IMG/VR virus record: IMGVR_UViG_3300030433_001242
Span: 1-27,590 of that record
Source of the DNA: a virus
Taxonomy: Duplodnaviria; Caudoviricetes
Reading direction: 5' to 3' (one strand)
Length of the DNA stretch: 27,590 nucleotides
The position numbers and the translations under genes were made by a program. Shown piece after piece: positions 1 through 10,275 of the stretch. Each line of letters opens with the position of its first letter. Position 1 is the first letter of the stretch. The notes under the pieces were generated by a model, which saw nothing but the letters and a program-made list of their open reading frames with translations, made no database searches and was not told the DNA's origin.

Positions 1-729
1 GAAGATTCATTAGATGCAGATTTACATATAACAGGAAGTCCAGTAGTAGTTAAATTAGAAAGAGCAGGACATAGGGCTATGAGAATGGGAACACCTGACA
101 ATAGTTCATTATTTATTTTTGCAGATTCAGATGATTTAAAATCAAGTCAAAGAATGGTAATTGATAATTCAGGTAATGTTGGCATAAATAATACATCACC
201 AGGAGCTTTATTCCATGTCCAAGAAAGTGGTACTGGAGCAGGTACTGGTGGTATTATAACTGAAACTACAACTCAAAATGGTAATGCGGGTATAAGATTT
301 AGAACAAATGCAACAGACAGGTGGGCAATAACAACTATTGGAACTAATGGCTCAGATTTAAGAATTAGAGATGTTGACGGGAGTGCAGATAGAATACAAA
401 TAGATTCAAGCGGAGATTTACATTGCGACCAAGATGTAGTAGCATTTTCTACAACACCTTCAGACAAAAGATTAAAAACTAATATTAAAGATATTAATTA
501 TGGTTTAGAAACTATTATGAAACTTAATCCAAAACAATATGACTGGAAAAAAGATGAAACTCATGATATAGGTTTTATTGCACAGGAAGTAGAAGAAATA
601 ATTCCTGAAATAGTCAAAGATAAAAAACACTTTGATAAAGAAATAAAAACTTTGGATTATGAAAAATTAACAGCTGTATTAATTAAAGCAGTTCAAGAAT
701 TAAAACAAGAAATAGAGGAGTTAAAATAA
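1..729 (+). CDS. Tail fibre protein, C-terminal part with intramolecular chaperone (peptidase S74) domain; 5' truncated by the window edge
   Basis: Frame is open from base 1 (EDSLDADLHITG...). GNVGIN..P...HV fibre repeat, then SDKRLKTNI / GFIAQEVEEIIPEIV / LDYEKLTAVLIKAVQEL S74 motifs and a C-terminal coiled coil. Confidence 0.9.
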   Translation, partial: EDSLDADLHITGSPVVVKLERAGHRAMRMGTPDNSSLFIFADSDDLKSSQRMVIDNSGNVGINNTSPGALFHVQESGTGAGTGGIITETTTQNGNAGIRFRTNATDRWAITTIGTNGSDLRIRDVDGSADRIQIDSSGDLHCDQDVVAFSTTPSDKRLKTNIKDINYGLETIMKLNPKQYDWKKDETHDIGFIAQEVEEIIPEIVKDKKHFDKEIKTLDYEKLTAVLIKAVQELKQEIEELK

Positions 730-1070
730 TGGCAGGACCAGCAGTAGGCACAAGTAATGTAGGTATGAGAGCAATAGGAAGTGCATTAGGTGAGGCAACA
801 AACGTAAATGAAACATCTAATTTAAGTTTGGCAAGTTTATGTGGTGGCACAGACGGAAGTATTACAAACACATTTCCAAGTAATGATGACAGTGGTCCTG
901 CAGATACTTTTAATAGATTGGGTGGTACAAACAATCCTATACAAAGCACATCAATTGATAATCCAGATGCGACTTTATTAAACAATATAGGAACAGCACC
1001 ATATCACATGAGTCACACATTTGGTGGACAACATGCTGACCTTGGTGGTGGCAGTGGACCAGGTAGATAA
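729..1070 (+). CDS. Small Gly/Ser/Thr/Asn-rich protein, probably tail-associated
   Basis: TAATG stop/start coupling to the tail fibre, GAGGAG RBS, low-complexity structural composition. Confidence 0.65.
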   Translation: MAGPAVGTSNVGMRAIGSALGEATNVNETSNLSLASLCGGTDGSITNTFPSNDDSGPADTFNRLGGTNNPIQSTSIDNPDATLLNNIGTAPYHMSHTFGGQHADLGGGSGPGR

Positions 1071-1093
1071 TATGGTTTATAGAGATAAAAAAC

Positions 1094-1123
1094 TTGACAT
1101 AGAAGAGAAAAAATTACTATTTT
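1094..1123 (+). promoter_or_regulatory. Sigma70-like promoter (TTGACA-N18-TATTTT) upstream of the lysin
   Basis: TTGACA 1094-1099, TATTTT 1118-1123; same 18-nt spacing as the other TTGAC promoters in the window. Confidence 0.55.
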
Positions 1124-1129
1124 ATAGCG

Positions 1130-1675
1130 GTGAAGTATATTCGAGCTATACTCATAGTATTTTTATTTACTTTAACAGGAGAAACAATGGGCGCCAATAA
1201 CAAACAAATAAAAGATTTAATTAAAGATGTTTGTGTCCAGATGGGAGACAAGTATGCAAAACAAGAAGCTTTGGACATCGTATATGCTACAGGCTTGGTC
1301 GAGAGCAAGTATGAATATATCGAGCAAATTGGTAGAGGTCCTGCAAGAAGCTTTTGGCAAGTGGAGCCCAGCACAGCCGTCGACAATTGTAAAAACTTTA
1401 TATCATCTCGCCCTGAATTGCTCCAGGCATCTGCTGATATTCTTAGGATTGACCCTTATTATTTTATTGATGCTACTATTGACGATTGGGATTGGATTCT
1501 TCGTACTAATATCAGCGCTGGTATATTACATTGTAGAATTAAGTACTGGCGTATACCAGAACCAATTAAAGAAGGAAAAGAAGAGTTAGCAAAGTATTGG
1601 AAAAAACACTACAATACAGAAGAGGGAGCTGGTAGTGTAGAACATTTTTTAAAATTAACGGAAGGTAAATTATAA
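1130..1675 (+). CDS. Lysozyme/transglycosylase-like lysin
   Basis: ES catalytic-type motif (LVESKY), GPARSFWQVEP, YWKKHYNT..G.G typical of phage lysozyme-like proteins. Hydrophobic N-terminus from GTG 1130; alternative in-frame ATG 1187 with AGGAG RBS. Confidence 0.75.
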   Translation: MKYIRAILIVFLFTLTGETMGANNKQIKDLIKDVCVQMGDKYAKQEALDIVYATGLVESKYEYIEQIGRGPARSFWQVEPSTAVDNCKNFISSRPELLQASADILRIDPYYFIDATIDDWDWILRTNISAGILHCRIKYWRIPEPIKEGKEELAKYWKKHYNTEEGAGSVEHFLKLTEGKL

Positions 1676-2250
1676 TGGCAACATTTTCACAGTTAATAGG
1701 GCAGCAAATATCTAGACAAAAATTAGGACAAGCAGAGTCTGGAACTCTTTTAGGTATGTCAGCTGCAGATTCCAAAGATTTAGTAGAAGAGTTACAAAGA
1801 GCTTATGGAGAATCAACAGGAGAGTTCAGAGGCGACCTTTCTGATTTTGAAAAAAAAGGGGAACAAATAGATACTGCTCAAACATTGCTTTCTTTAACTC
1901 CTCTTGGACCTATAGCTTCTGCTGGAATTGGTCTTCTTGGAAGAGGCATGAGAGATAAACCTAAATTTAAGTTAGATATAGAAAAAGCAGCACCTGGATT
2001 TGCAGACAGACTTTTTTCTTACCAGGCTGGAGAAACTCTTATTTCAAATATAAATCAAACAAAAAGAATGGCTAGTGATGCTTTACAGGGTTCTTTTTTT
2101 TATGACATTGTTTCAGTTTTAGGTACTACTTTTGATTCATATCAAACAGCAAAAAACCTTGGAAGAATATCAGATGAAACCAGTTTTGGAGACTTTCTAA
2201 AAGGTATTTCGGATGCAACTGAAGATGAAACAGAAACAGGAAAGGTTTAA
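1675..2250 (+). CDS. Probable internal virion/ejection protein (pilot-like)
   Basis: TAATG coupling, Gly/Ala-rich hydrophobic segment (LLSLTPLGPIASAGIGLLG), first gene of a run of increasingly large alpha-helical proteins. Confidence 0.55.
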   Translation: MATFSQLIGQQISRQKLGQAESGTLLGMSAADSKDLVEELQRAYGESTGEFRGDLSDFEKKGEQIDTAQTLLSLTPLGPIASAGIGLLGRGMRDKPKFKLDIEKAAPGFADRLFSYQAGETLISNINQTKRMASDALQGSFFYDIVSVLGTTFDSYQTAKNLGRISDETSFGDFLKGISDATEDETETGKV

Positions 2251-2253
2251 AAT

Positions 2254-2946
2254 ATGGCAATAGATTATTCAACATTAGCAGAAGAATTACAAAAAAGAGG
2301 AGTTACTATGGACTCTCTTCGTGACCCAGGTGCTAGCTTTGGTTATGGAGAAGATACTCAGTATGGTCAGTTTTTTACTCCTTTTGACATAGAAGGATAT
2401 AACGAATCTTTGCAAGCATTACAAGGGCTAGAAGAATCTTTGATGGGAGGAATAGAAAGACAGTTCGGATTTCAAGGAGCATCAGCTAGAACTACCCAGC
2501 AATCTAATTTACAAAGAATAAGAAATCAACAAAGACCTTCAGGTTTTATTTCAGGAGCAGGACAAAGGCTTGAAGCTCAAGCTAGAAGAGCTGGAGCAGA
2601 AACTTACTCAGATTTAGTAAGACAAACAGAAGGAAGAAGAACTGCTACTGAAGAACAATTAGGTGGTCAGTTCGCAAGACTTACAGGTTTGCTAGATTCA
2701 TTCCTTGGAGGGACGCAACAAAGAGCCTTACAAATAAGACAATTTGACCCTGCTCAAACATCTGAAAATCAAGGAAGAATGACTACCGCACAAGATATAG
2801 ATAGTTTTATGAATCGATTAGAAGGAGATTCTAGAATGGGTTTTGAACAACAAGCTATGTCTTTAATAGGAACTCCTTATCAGCAGTTAATAGATTTATT
2901 CTCTCAATACCAGTCTGGTTCTCAAGGAGGAGGAATGTATGGCTAG
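2254..2946 (+). CDS. Probable internal virion/ejection protein
   Basis: Gln/Gly/Arg-rich helical protein in the ejection-protein position. Confidence 0.55.
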   Translation: MAIDYSTLAEELQKRGVTMDSLRDPGASFGYGEDTQYGQFFTPFDIEGYNESLQALQGLEESLMGGIERQFGFQGASARTTQQSNLQRIRNQQRPSGFISGAGQRLEAQARRAGAETYSDLVRQTEGRRTATEEQLGGQFARLTGLLDSFLGGTQQRALQIRQFDPAQTSENQGRMTTAQDIDSFMNRLEGDSRMGFEQQAMSLIGTPYQQLIDLFSQYQSGSQGGGMYG

Positions 2947-4084
2947 TCCTTTAAACCCTATTCCAAGAACTAGGTCTTATCAAGAAACAGCTACATCTAA
3001 CTTGAGAAAAATTCTTAAAAAGTTTTCTCAGGACCAAGGAACAATAAGAAGGCAACAAGAGATTATAAGAAATTTAAATGAAAGCAATACTTTAAAATTA
3101 CTTGACATGGCTGATAAAAAAATTGAAGAAGATATAAAAAATTTTGATAATAATTATTATAAACCAGCAACGACATCTTTAGGTTCTATAGATATAAGAA
3201 AAATGCTTGATGCTCAGGATGAATTAGGAAGAAGACAAGATGGAAGTTTTATATATGATGATAAAATGATGTCTTTAGTTCCAGAAGACAGAAGAAATGA
3301 ATTTAAAACTGGACAAGAAATTTATGATGAATATAGTATTAGAATTCAGAACAGAAAAGATTATCAATTAGGAGAAAAAACACTTAGGAATGTAAATGTT
3401 TCAAATGAAGAGGCTATAGCAACATTTGAAAACCTTCATAGGTTACATCAACAAGGTTTTATTACAGAGTCTGAATTTGATGAAGTTTATGGTCTTATGA
3501 AAGATAGAGAAGTTCCAGGATACTTTACTCCCAAAGAAGTTCAAGCAACTACCGGACTTACCCCTAATCAAGCAGCTACCAACTATGGTCAACTTTCTTA
3601 CGCTTATTCTCAATATAGAAATAATTTTGTTCCAAGCCAAGAAAATATAGAAAAATATATACCTCAAGATTTACAAAACTTATATGAAAGGTCTAAAAAC
3701 CCTAATTTTAAGATTACTGAACCGCAAAAAGAAAAATTAAAAGATATAGATAAATTTTTTAATGATGCCGCCACAAGAGAAGCAAACATTCTTTTCAACA
3801 GACTTATAGCCGCTGAACAAACTAAAAAAGTTTACGCAGCTGCAGATGAATTTACTAAAGGTTTAATGTTTGCTGAGCTAGGAGGTCTTGCAATAGAAAG
3901 CATTCCAGAATTAAGGGATAAAGAAAGAACAGAACTCAATAACTTTTTAGAATCAGAAGCAGGAAAAGGTGCAAAACAAAAATTAATTAATAAACTAATA
4001 GATGCTCTTGGTCCTGTAGAAGGTTGGAGTAGATTCTTAGACAGCAAAAATAGAAAGCATAAGTTAGTATTGATAGAGGAATAA
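2939..4084 (+). CDS. Probable internal virion protein
   Basis: 381 aa, GGAGG RBS, overlaps the previous stop, directly precedes the giant ORF. Confidence 0.55.
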   Translation: MASPLNPIPRTRSYQETATSNLRKILKKFSQDQGTIRRQQEIIRNLNESNTLKLLDMADKKIEEDIKNFDNNYYKPATTSLGSIDIRKMLDAQDELGRRQDGSFIYDDKMMSLVPEDRRNEFKTGQEIYDEYSIRIQNRKDYQLGEKTLRNVNVSNEEAIATFENLHRLHQQGFITESEFDEVYGLMKDREVPGYFTPKEVQATTGLTPNQAATNYGQLSYAYSQYRNNFVPSQENIEKYIPQDLQNLYERSKNPNFKITEPQKEKLKDIDKFFNDAATREANILFNRLIAAEQTKKVYAAADEFTKGLMFAELGGLAIESIPELRDKERTELNNFLESEAGKGAKQKLINKLIDALGPVEGWSRFLDSKNRKHKLVLIEE

Positions 4085-4085
4085 T

Positions 4086-7000
4086 ATGGCAGACAAAAAT
4101 AATATAAATTTTAGTTCTGTCTTACCTTTAGGAGCAGAGTTTACAAATACTCCAGAAACTATTGACTTAGATTTTTCAAGCGCTCTCGAGCGAACCTCAC
4201 AAGATAAATTTAGCTTAGAAAAGATTTTACTATCTGGTCAAACAGCGCAAGCTCAAGCAAAAAGAGCCGAAAGATATAAAGAACAAAGACAAGAGTTTAG
4301 GGATAATCTAAGAGAAGTTGCTCAACAAATTTTACCTGAAAGAGCTTTAGACATTTATAACGAAAGTACAGAAGGTACTGCTTTAGCTGCCTTAAGAGGA
4401 GAACCTGTATTTCAAACTAAAAAATCTGCAGGATTACCTACTTCACTATTTTACGATTTTACAGTTAGCCTTGGAAGTTTGTTTGGTTCGCCTACAGATT
4501 TAGGACTTCTTTTTACGGGAGGTAAGATTGGTCAAGGTCTTTACAAATTTGGCGGTAAACAGTTAATAGATGCTGGTTCAAATTTTTTAGTAAAGAAAAA
4601 TATTTTAAATGCTGGATTTAAGTCAGTTGTTGATAAAGATATAGGAGAGTATGGTTTTAAATTTGCTGGCGCTTTTGGAGCTAGAGACCCTTTCTATCAA
4701 GGAGCTCTTGAAATGGCTGACAGAGTCGCTGTTGTCGCGAGACAAAAAGAGTTACCAAAATCAGAAATTATTATTTCTGACTCTGATACACCTTTGATTA
4801 CTTATCCTGGGTATAGCAGTCAAGTTTCATTGTTAGAGCAAGAAGCATATAATAAAAAAGTAAGAGATAACAAAAATAACTCTTTAAAAGGTAAAGTTGG
4901 TCCAATAAATTTAAAAGAAGAAAAAAAAGGAGTTCCTTTAGATATTGCTTTCACTATAGAAAGAGAAAACGATTACTTTTTAACTGGTAAAGGAATTAGA
5001 GATGGAAAACCTCCGTCATATGTTCAAAAGACTATGGACAAAATAAATAGATATGAAAATTCTGATGACAAGTATATTGTTGCTTTAAGTGAAGTTATGA
5101 ACAATACAGAACTTTCAGACGCTTTATCTGCAAGCGGTTTAATTACAGCTATGAGTGGAGCTAGACTTTGGTCTAAATATCTCCCAAAAGTTCCTTTTCG
5201 TAAAGACGTCTCTCCTCTATCAGCTCCTAGAGGATTTGCTACTACTACAGGAGCAGAAGTTTCAACAGCTATGTTAGCACATCCTTTATTTTATGGAGAA
5301 GGATATCCAGATACATTTGATATAGCAGCAGCAGCTGGAGTTGTTATGGCTTCTAGACTTCCTGGATTTTTAGGAAAAAGAGCTCAAAAGTTTGCTAAAC
5401 AATATAAAGAAAGACCTAGGACAGGACCTATGTCTGAAGCAATGAAAAGAAAGGTAGCAGAGGCAGAGGAAGCTGAAGTAATTGATATCAATAAAATTAA
5501 AAAGAAAGGAAAAAATTTAGAGTTAGAATTAAAATCAAGTGAAACTAAACCTATTGTTGTAGGTTCTATGGAAACTTTATCAAAAGAAGAACTTGGTATA
5601 ATTTTAAAATACTCACGTCTTGGAGAAGCTAAAAATAGAAGAATTAATGATATTTATGAACTAGTTCAAGACCCTATAACTGCTGTTAGAGATGCCTCAA
5701 AACTTAAATTAGGAACACCTATCTTTGAAAGAACTAAAGATGGAGAAATAATTTTTGTAGGAGAATCTGTAAGTGACTCAGACCAAATTATAAGAACATT
5801 AAACAGGAGCGATTTACCTGGAGGTTTTGCTGTTGGAGATTATGTTGACCAGCCTATCATAGGTAAAATGAAAGGTTTTGTAATAAAAAAACAAAAAGGC
5901 GACAAAACTAGAGAAACTTTAAGAGCTTTCGAACAAAATGTTGAGATTCCTTTAGGAGTAAATGCTAAAATAATAAGAGATAGTATAAAACCTGTAGGAG
6001 ACGATTTAGCTTTTGATGTTCAAATAGGAAGAACTATATATCAATTAGACCCTAAAAATGCTGATTTATTTTTAAAACACTATACTTCTCAACCTTTACT
6101 AAAATACAAATTTGAACACAATAACAAAGGTGTTATGAGCAAACCTTTTGCTCTTACAAAGATTAGAAGAAAGGTTTTGAGAGCTTTATATAGAGATGAA
6201 GCAAACCCTAATCTTCAATACTCCTTAGAAGGAGATTATAGACAAGCTATTGCTGTTATAGCTAGCGATTTAAAATATAAAAAATTATTAAACGCATTAT
6301 CAGCTACCAAAGACAAAGCTACAGAAGCTTACAAAAAACCGATTAAGATAAGAGATTTAAGCGACATAGAAATGAAACTTATAACAGAAAGAATACAAGA
6401 TGTCAGAAATATTAGAAGGTCTATAGATTTTGTAGTAGAAAGATTAGAAGGGAGTAACTTAAGATTTGTAAACCCTATAACAAAAGATAATGAAATTATT
6501 AATGTTGGGGCTACAATTATGTCAGAGTTAGGTAATCAGTTAACCTCTCCTGCAGCTAAAACTTTAGGTGGATTAGTTTCTGCTGTTGATAGAAGTATTG
6601 TTGGATATGTTACAAACGACCTTGTTGACCTACAGTTAGCTTTAGGTATGGATAAAGAAGTTATATCTTTGAAAAAAATTGCACCTACATTTTTATCTAA
6701 AGCAGCAGGATATAATCCTTTTAGGAACGAATTAGCAGAAAAATGGATTACAGGAAGCAAAGATAATATTTTATCAGATGGAGTTTTATACAGAGGTTTT
6801 GATGATTATCTAAAACTTGATGCTAATCCTAAAGAATTAGGTAAATTTAAAGCTAAATTAAAAAAGATAAAAGCGAATAGAGAAAAATATCCCTACTCTG
6901 ATAAAGAGGTAAACTTTCTAGAGTTTAGAATTAAAGCTATAGAAAACATTAAAAGACTTACAGACTCAATAAAAGATAGAGCTTTAGCAGCTGGTATTCA

Positions 7001-9449
7001 AATGCCAGGTGTTAAAGACTACTATATGCCCTTTGTTATGGAGAAAAAATATAGAGATACTATATATAGCTCTATGAAAGATTTAAATGATAAAGTTTCA
7101 GACATTATGGGTGTATCTGTATTATCAAGAAACAAAGATGATTTAATAAATAATTTAGATGAAGCTCAAATAAAAGAATTAAAAAAAGAAATATCAGACT
7201 GGATTGAAGGATTAAATAGGTCAAAAGATAAATATAAACAAGGAACTGCTAGTGCATGGTCTGCTACTTTAGAAAAGTTACAAGAGGTCCCGGGTAACGT
7301 TGGTAGAGTGCCAGAATTAGATGTTTGGTTAGCTCTTAATACTGCTTTGTTTAATGATGGATTTAAAAGATATGGACATTTAGAGAAAAAAAGAACTTTA
7401 GGAAAAACATCTGTTACAGATGTAGATGTTACTGCTGCTTTAATGAGAAAGAAAATAGATTTATTAGATAATAATTTAGCCACATTGTTTACAGATTACA
7501 TTCTAGGGGCTAATAAAAGAATAGAACTTGTAAGAACCTTTGGTTTGGATGGAAAGCTGTTTGATAGATTGTTAAAGTTAATCCCTGAAGATGATGCTCT
7601 GCAAGGACCAATTCCATCTTTAATTGACTTAAATGAAAAACTTGGTATTGGTCTGTTAGAAAGAGACCCTAGGTTAAGAGAAAATGTTCCTCCAGACTAT
7701 ATAAAAACTCAGCGAGATGCTATGAGAGTTGTAAGAGATGTTCTTACTGGAGAAAGTCAATATAATAGAAGTAATCAGTTAAGTAAAATTTTTGAGCTTG
7801 CAGCTCAAATAGTATTTAGCACAAAGATATCTTTAAGTACAGCTATTGTTCAAAATATGTTTCAGCCATTTATTTCTTTTGTACCTGACTTAGGAATTTG
7901 GAGTTCAGGTAGAGGTTCTTTAAATTATTTTATAGACCCTAAAGTTGGAGATAAAATATTGAGAGCTGGACCAACTCAGCTTTCTTTAGTTGACGACTTA
8001 ATACCAGGTGTTAGAGCCTTAAGACTTAGCACTACAAGAATAGTAAGTCCTAAAGATTCTTATGTAGCAAGAGCGATGGACCAAGTTAATATGGCAAACA
8101 TTACTCAAGCATTAGGTCAACCTTTTATGTTTGTTAATTTAGGAAATAAAGTATTTGCTGCTGCAGCAGCTGATGACTATATTAAAAAAATGGCTAAGCT
8201 TTTAACAGGAGACCAAAATTTGGGAGATAAAGCAGAATTATTTTTTGGATTATTAACTGTTAAAGATAAAAAACAATATGCTAGAAATAAGTTATCTTAC
8301 AGGTTTGGATTAGACCCTGATGAAGTTATTAAATATGCTCCTCAAATTATAAGTGATACATTCGGTTCAAGCAAAGCAGAACAAGCATTTGCTAGAAAAT
8401 ATAGAAGAGCTTTAGAAAATTATGCTCAGTTATCACAAGCAGGTAGAGAATTTATGTTAGATAGTTTCTCTCAAAATGACCCAAATGCTAGACAGATAAA
8501 TCTTTTTAAAAGATGGGCTAAAAGACAATTGTTTTTAATGAATGACATTTACGAGTTTGAAATGGCTAATGGTAACTACTTAATACCAGCTACTATGGCT
8601 GCTTCAGGTGTGTTTGCTGGTTATATGTCAGCTAGAGGGTTAGAAATACTAAAAGATTTTGCTGCTGGAGAAGAAGATATAAGAGATGAAAAATACCAAA
8701 GAAATTTGTCTTATAGACCAAGAATGCCTAAGATTAAAGATGTATTCAAAGGAGATGACAGGTTTTATATGGAAGACCTTAAAAATGCCATGATAACAGG
8801 AGGTTTGTTTGGTATGGCTGGAGATATAGTTTTAGGAGATGAAAATTTTGATGCTCTTACTTTCGCAGTTTCTCCTGCTGGATGGCAAGATTTACAAAGA
8901 GTTGGAAATCTTTTTTATGAATTAGCTATAAAAGGACCTATTACTCCTGGAGCAGATTGGAATGCTATGTTTAGAAAAGAACTTAGACAGTTTGGACCTT
9001 TCTTTGGAAGTTTACCAAACTTAAGATACATTAGACAAGTTGCTTACCAGCCATGGGAAGGACCTGCAGGTAAAGTTTTTGGTAGTAGGTTTGAAGACGT
9101 AACAGGAAGAAGAGATACAATACCTGTTCCTGTGCAAGATGATATAGCTAGAATTAAAAGAATAAGAAGTAATATTGTGAGCGAGGTTATAGATTTAGGT
9201 CTTGATTTAGATATTACTGGTAAAAAATCTTTAGAAAGACAAATATCAGATAAAATAGAAGAGTGGAATAACTCTGCTGATGCTAATAGATATTGGGATG
9301 GAAGAGGATTGAATCCGTATGCTATTTATTTTGAAAGGGATATTTTAGAAAGTGGAAAAATTCAAGAAAGATGGGTAGAAAAAATGAATAAAAACAGAGA
9401 AAAATATGAGTTGAAACCAAGTGACATTATGAGGGACTCAAGAAAGTAA
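4086..9449 (+). CDS. Large (1787 aa) probable internal virion / DNA-ejection protein
   Basis: Size and position analogous to T7 gp16-type ejection proteins; several Gly/Ala hydrophobic helices; GAGGA RBS; no catalytic motif recognised. Confidence 0.65.
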   Translation: MADKNNINFSSVLPLGAEFTNTPETIDLDFSSALERTSQDKFSLEKILLSGQTAQAQAKRAERYKEQRQEFRDNLREVAQQILPERALDIYNESTEGTALAALRGEPVFQTKKSAGLPTSLFYDFTVSLGSLFGSPTDLGLLFTGGKIGQGLYKFGGKQLIDAGSNFLVKKNILNAGFKSVVDKDIGEYGFKFAGAFGARDPFYQGALEMADRVAVVARQKELPKSEIIISDSDTPLITYPGYSSQVSLLEQEAYNKKVRDNKNNSLKGKVGPINLKEEKKGVPLDIAFTIERENDYFLTGKGIRDGKPPSYVQKTMDKINRYENSDDKYIVALSEVMNNTELSDALSASGLITAMSGARLWSKYLPKVPFRKDVSPLSAPRGFATTTGAEVSTAMLAHPLFYGEGYPDTFDIAAAAGVVMASRLPGFLGKRAQKFAKQYKERPRTGPMSEAMKRKVAEAEEAEVIDINKIKKKGKNLELELKSSETKPIVVGSMETLSKEELGIILKYSRLGEAKNRRINDIYELVQDPITAVRDASKLKLGTPIFERTKDGEIIFVGESVSDSDQIIRTLNRSDLPGGFAVGDYVDQPIIGKMKGFVIKKQKGDKTRETLRAFEQNVEIPLGVNAKIIRDSIKPVGDDLAFDVQIGRTIYQLDPKNADLFLKHYTSQPLLKYKFEHNNKGVMSKPFALTKIRRKVLRALYRDEANPNLQYSLEGDYRQAIAVIASDLKYKKLLNALSATKDKATEAYKKPIKIRDLSDIEMKLITERIQDVRNIRRSIDFVVERLEGSNLRFVNPITKDNEIINVGATIMSELGNQLTSPAAKTLGGLVSAVDRSIVGYVTNDLVDLQLALGMDKEVISLKKIAPTFLSKAAGYNPFRNELAEKWITGSKDNILSDGVLYRGFDDYLKLDANPKELGKFKAKLKKIKANREKYPYSDKEVNFLEFRIKAIENIKRLTDSIKDRALAAGIQMPGVKDYYMPFVMEKKYRDTIYSSMKDLNDKVSDIMGVSVLSRNKDDLINNLDEAQIKELKKEISDWIEGLNRSKDKYKQGTASAWSATLEKLQEVPGNVGRVPELDVWLALNTALFNDGFKRYGHLEKKRTLGKTSVTDVDVTAALMRKKIDLLDNNLATLFTDYILGANKRIELVRTFGLDGKLFDRLLKLIPEDDALQGPIPSLIDLNEKLGIGLLERDPRLRENVPPDYIKTQRDAMRVVRDVLTGESQYNRSNQLSKIFELAAQIVFSTKISLSTAIVQNMFQPFISFVPDLGIWSSGRGSLNYFIDPKVGDKILRAGPTQLSLVDDLIPGVRALRLSTTRIVSPKDSYVARAMDQVNMANITQALGQPFMFVNLGNKVFAAAAADDYIKKMAKLLTGDQNLGDKAELFFGLLTVKDKKQYARNKLSYRFGLDPDEVIKYAPQIISDTFGSSKAEQAFARKYRRALENYAQLSQAGREFMLDSFSQNDPNARQINLFKRWAKRQLFLMNDIYEFEMANGNYLIPATMAASGVFAGYMSARGLEILKDFAAGEEDIRDEKYQRNLSYRPRMPKIKDVFKGDDRFYMEDLKNAMITGGLFGMAGDIVLGDENFDALTFAVSPAGWQDLQRVGNLFYELAIKGPITPGADWNAMFRKELRQFGPFFGSLPNLRYIRQVAYQPWEGPAGKVFGSRFEDVTGRRDTIPVPVQDDIARIKRIRSNIVSEVIDLGLDLDITGKKSLERQISDKIEEWNNSADANRYWDGRGLNPYAIYFERDILESGKIQERWVEKMNKNREKYELKPSDIMRDSRK

Positions 9450-9459
9450 AGGATAGATT

Positions 9460-10269
9460 ATGTCAGATAAAGTAACAATAAAAGATTATATAGATTTTTT
9501 TGGCAACAAAAGCGCTGAAGCAGATAGTGTTGTTCAAAGTTTAACTAGACAAATAGAAGACCAAAGATTTGGTACTATTAGACCTAAAAAAACATTAATG
9601 CAAAAAGTGATGGAAGATGTTAATGACCCTCAAATGCAAACGATAATGGGTTTAGTTGAACCAGGCAGTGGATTAAAAACTGTAGGTAAAGCTGCTGTAA
9701 GAGGTGGTAAAAATATAGTAGATATTTTAAGAGAAGCTTTTGGGGTAGGTAGAAAAGAAATGGGCGACGTTTTATCTGGATATAAAAGAGGAGTTCAACC
9801 TGATGCACCTGTTGTTAAAAAACCAACAGAAGCACAACAAGCATTAAAATTGACAGCTCAAGAAATTCCTTCTCTTAAAGCAGAGACTTTGTCGAAATCA
9901 GAAGCAAAAACACTAGGGCAAGCTCTTGACTTTCAAAAATCAGGTCAAATATCCACACCTGCAATTCCTGAGGCAAAAGGACCTACATTGAAAGAAGCTC
10001 TTGATAAGGTTCTTAAACAAATGGATGAGGCAGCTGAGTACTCAGACCACTATAGACTTAACCCAGAAGCCACGCTTGATAGTTTTGTGGATATGCAACC
10101 AGAAGATGCTCTTGAACTTTTGAGAAGGGCTGCTGGACAAAAACCTCAAATGAGTACATGGTGGGATAAGGCTCAAGAAGCGAAAATAAATTTTAGTGAC
10201 ATAGATGATATTAAAGAATTAATTAGAAAATTTGGTAAAGCAAAACCTTATTTCAAGGAGAGAAGGTAA
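9460..10269 (+). CDS. Hypothetical protein, possibly virion-associated
   Basis: 269-aa ORF with AAGGA RBS following the ejection cluster; Gly-rich segment IMGLVEPGSGLKTVGKAAVRGG. Confidence 0.6.
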   Translation: MSDKVTIKDYIDFFGNKSAEADSVVQSLTRQIEDQRFGTIRPKKTLMQKVMEDVNDPQMQTIMGLVEPGSGLKTVGKAAVRGGKNIVDILREAFGVGRKEMGDVLSGYKRGVQPDAPVVKKPTEAQQALKLTAQEIPSLKAETLSKSEAKTLGQALDFQKSGQISTPAIPEAKGPTLKEALDKVLKQMDEAAEYSDHYRLNPEATLDSFVDMQPEDALELLRRAAGQKPQMSTWWDKAQEAKINFSDIDDIKELIRKFGKAKPYFKERR

Positions 10270-10275
10270 GATAAT

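Noticed and set aside
1-729. Diversity-generating retroelement target in the tail fibre
   Set aside because: No reverse transcriptase or template/variable repeat pair seen.
4086-9449. Giant ORF as virion RNA polymerase or tape measure protein
   Set aside because: No DxDGD/DFDID-type polymerase motif or tape-measure repeats recognised; smaller than N4/crAss virion polymerases.
273-9808. Antisense ORFs within the structural genes (e.g. 683-985, 3443-3667, 7166-7483, 9620-9808)
   Set aside because: Fully overlap well-supported + strand genes; composition typical of antisense shadows.
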